NCBI GenBank assembly: GCA_044867345.1
Contig: JBIOUU010000186.1
Span: 3,895 to 67,894, forward strand
Length of the DNA: 64,000 bases
Direction: 5' to 3'
Source: Actinomycetota bacterium
Lineage (GTDB): Bacteria; Actinomycetota; UBA4738; HRBIN12
The notes below the pieces were generated by a model. The model was not told the origin of the DNA. It did not search any database and saw only the letters and a program-made list of their open reading frames with translations. Below are positions 62,584-64,000 of this stretch, piece after piece. Every line of letters begins with the position of its first letter. Within the stretch, counting starts at the first letter, position 1. The position numbers and the translations under genes were made by a program.

Positions 62584-64000
62584 ATGGCGGAGTATGCAGG
62601 AGCGCTCGACCAGGGCACGACCAGCACGCGGTTCATGATCTTCGACCACAGCGGGAAGGTGGTCGGGATCGACCAGAAGGAGCACGAGCAGATCTATCCG
62701 AAGCCCGGGTTGGTCGAGCACGACCCGATGGAGATCTGGCAGCGCTCCGAGGATGTCATCACCGGAGGCCTGAAGAAGGCCAAGATCAAGGCGAGCGACC
62801 TCGCAGCGGTGGGCATCACGAACCAGCGCGAGACCACCGTGGTATGGGAGAAGTCCTCGGGCAAGCCGGTCTACAACGCCATCGTGTGGCAGGACACGCG
62901 GACCGACAAGATCTGCAACGACCTTGCCAAGGACGGCGGCCAGGACCGGTTCCGTTCGAAGGTCGGGCTCCCGCTCGCCACGTACTTCTCGGGGCCGAAG
63001 ATCAAGTGGATCCTCGACAACGTCGACGGCGTGCGCGAGCGCGCCCAGCGGGGCGAGGTGCTGTTCGGCAACATCGACACCTGGTGCATCTGGAACCTCA
63101 CCGGCGGCCCGGACGGCGGGGCGCACGTCACCGATGTGTCCAACGCCAGCCGGACCATGCTCATGAACCTGGAGACGCTCGACTGGGACGACGAGATCCT
63201 GGGCATCATGGGCGTCCCCCGGGCCATGCTGCCGCAGATCAAGGCCTCGAGCGAGGTCTACGGTGAGGCCAAGGGCGCGCTGGCGGGGATCCCGGTAGCC
63301 GGCGACCTCGGCGACCAGCAGGCGGCGCTGTTCGGCCAGACCGCCTTCGACGTCGGCGACGCCAAGAACACCTACGGCACCGGGAACTTCATGCTCCTGA
63401 ACACGGGAACGAAGCCCGTCCAGTCCAAGAGCGGCTTGCTCACGACGCTCGGGTACAAGATCGGCAGCCAGCCCGCCGTCTACTGCCTGGAAGGCGCCAT
63501 CGCCATCACCGGCGCCCTCGTGCAGTGGCTGCGGGACAACCTGGGGCTGATCAAGAAGTCGCCCGAGGTGGAGGATCTCGCCAAGACGGTGGAGGACAAC
63601 GGCGGGATCTACTTCGTGCCGGCCTTCTCCGGCCTGTTCGCCCCGTACTGGAGGGGCGACGCCCGTGGCGCGATCGTGGGGCTCACGCGGTACGTCAACA
63701 GGGGCCACATCGCCCGGGCGGCCCTGGAGGCCACGGCATGGCAGACCCGCGAGGTGCTGGATGCCATGAACGCGGACTCCGGCGTCGCGCTGAAGGAGCT
63801 GAAGGTCGACGGCGGCATGGTCTACAACGACCTGCTGATGCAGTTCCAGGCCGACGTCCTCGGCGTGCCCGTGATCCGGCCGAGCGTGGCCGAGACCACG
63901 GCGCTGGGCGCGGCCTACGCGGCAGGCCTTGCCGTCGGGTTCTGGAAGGAGGTCAACGACCTGCGGGCCAACTGGGGCAAGGACAAGGACTGGAGCCCCA
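62584..64000 (+). CDS. glpK: glycerol kinase (3' end beyond window)
   Basis: Absent from the track because no stop falls in the window. ATG 62584 behind [37 protein letters not shown] and [12 protein letters not shown]-kinase motifs, translated by eye. Confidence 0.95.
   Translation, partial: MAEYAGALDQGTTSTRFMIFDHSGKVVGIDQKEHEQIYPKPGLVEHDPMEIWQRSEDVITGGLKKAKIKASDLAAVGITNQRETTVVWEKSSGKPVYNAIVWQDTRTDKICNDLAKDGGQDRFRSKVGLPLATYFSGPKIKWILDNVDGVRERAQRGEVLFGNIDTWCIWNLTGGPDGGAHVTDVSNASRTMLMNLETLDWDDEILGIMGVPRAMLPQIKASSEVYGEAKGALAGIPVAGDLGDQQAALFGQTAFDVGDAKNTYGTGNFMLLNTGTKPVQSKSGLLTTLGYKIGSQPAVYCLEGAIAITGALVQWLRDNLGLIKKSPEVEDLAKTVEDNGGIYFVPAFSGLFAPYWRGDARGAIVGLTRYVNRGHIARAALEATAWQTREVLDAMNADSGVALKELKVDGGMVYNDLLMQFQADVLGVPVIRPSVAETTALGAAYAAGLAVGFWKEVNDLRANWGKDKDWSP

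Overview
Visibly high-GC, gene-dense chromosomal segment of actinobacterial type. Lineage markers are WhiB, SigH/RshA, two PIG-L/LmbE deacetylases, the UPF0182 plus PDZ-Lon pair, Ku/LigD and a GylR-like IclR regulator. I call about 72 protein-coding genes, one initiator tRNA-Met, several stem-loop terminators, one ArgR operator region and one intragenic tandem repeat. The content is mostly core housekeeping: ftsH, nth, mgsA, mreB, moaE, aroF, upp, a BMP-type nucleoside ABC transporter, an NCS1 permease, glnB-glnD, ku/ligD, argCJB-R-GH, tldD/pmbA, ndh and glpF-dhaKL-glpK. I saw no rRNA, CRISPR array, transposase, integrase, phage gene or recognisable defence gene. The window therefore looks like ordinary core chromosome, and I cannot point to a convincing, wholly new multi-gene system. 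The most interesting signals are small or regulatory. (1) A 17-codon leader ORF with consecutive Trp-Phe-Phe-Tyr codons, followed by a terminator hairpin, lies in the 252-nt leader of the DAHP synthase gene (candidate attenuator). (2) An in-frame TAG interrupts a conserved small basic protein gene. (3) glnD has no canonical start codon upstream of its nucleotidyltransferase motif. (4) A second DhaL paralogue is translationally coupled to an IclR regulator, divergent from a hybrid glpF-dhaK-dhaL-glpK operon. (5) A GT2 glycosyltransferase carries a CysRS-tail-like N-terminus. Many long ORFs in the supplied track are antisense or alternate-frame artefacts of high GC and were rejected. All family calls come from motif recognition by eye; no database search, folding or statistics were run.
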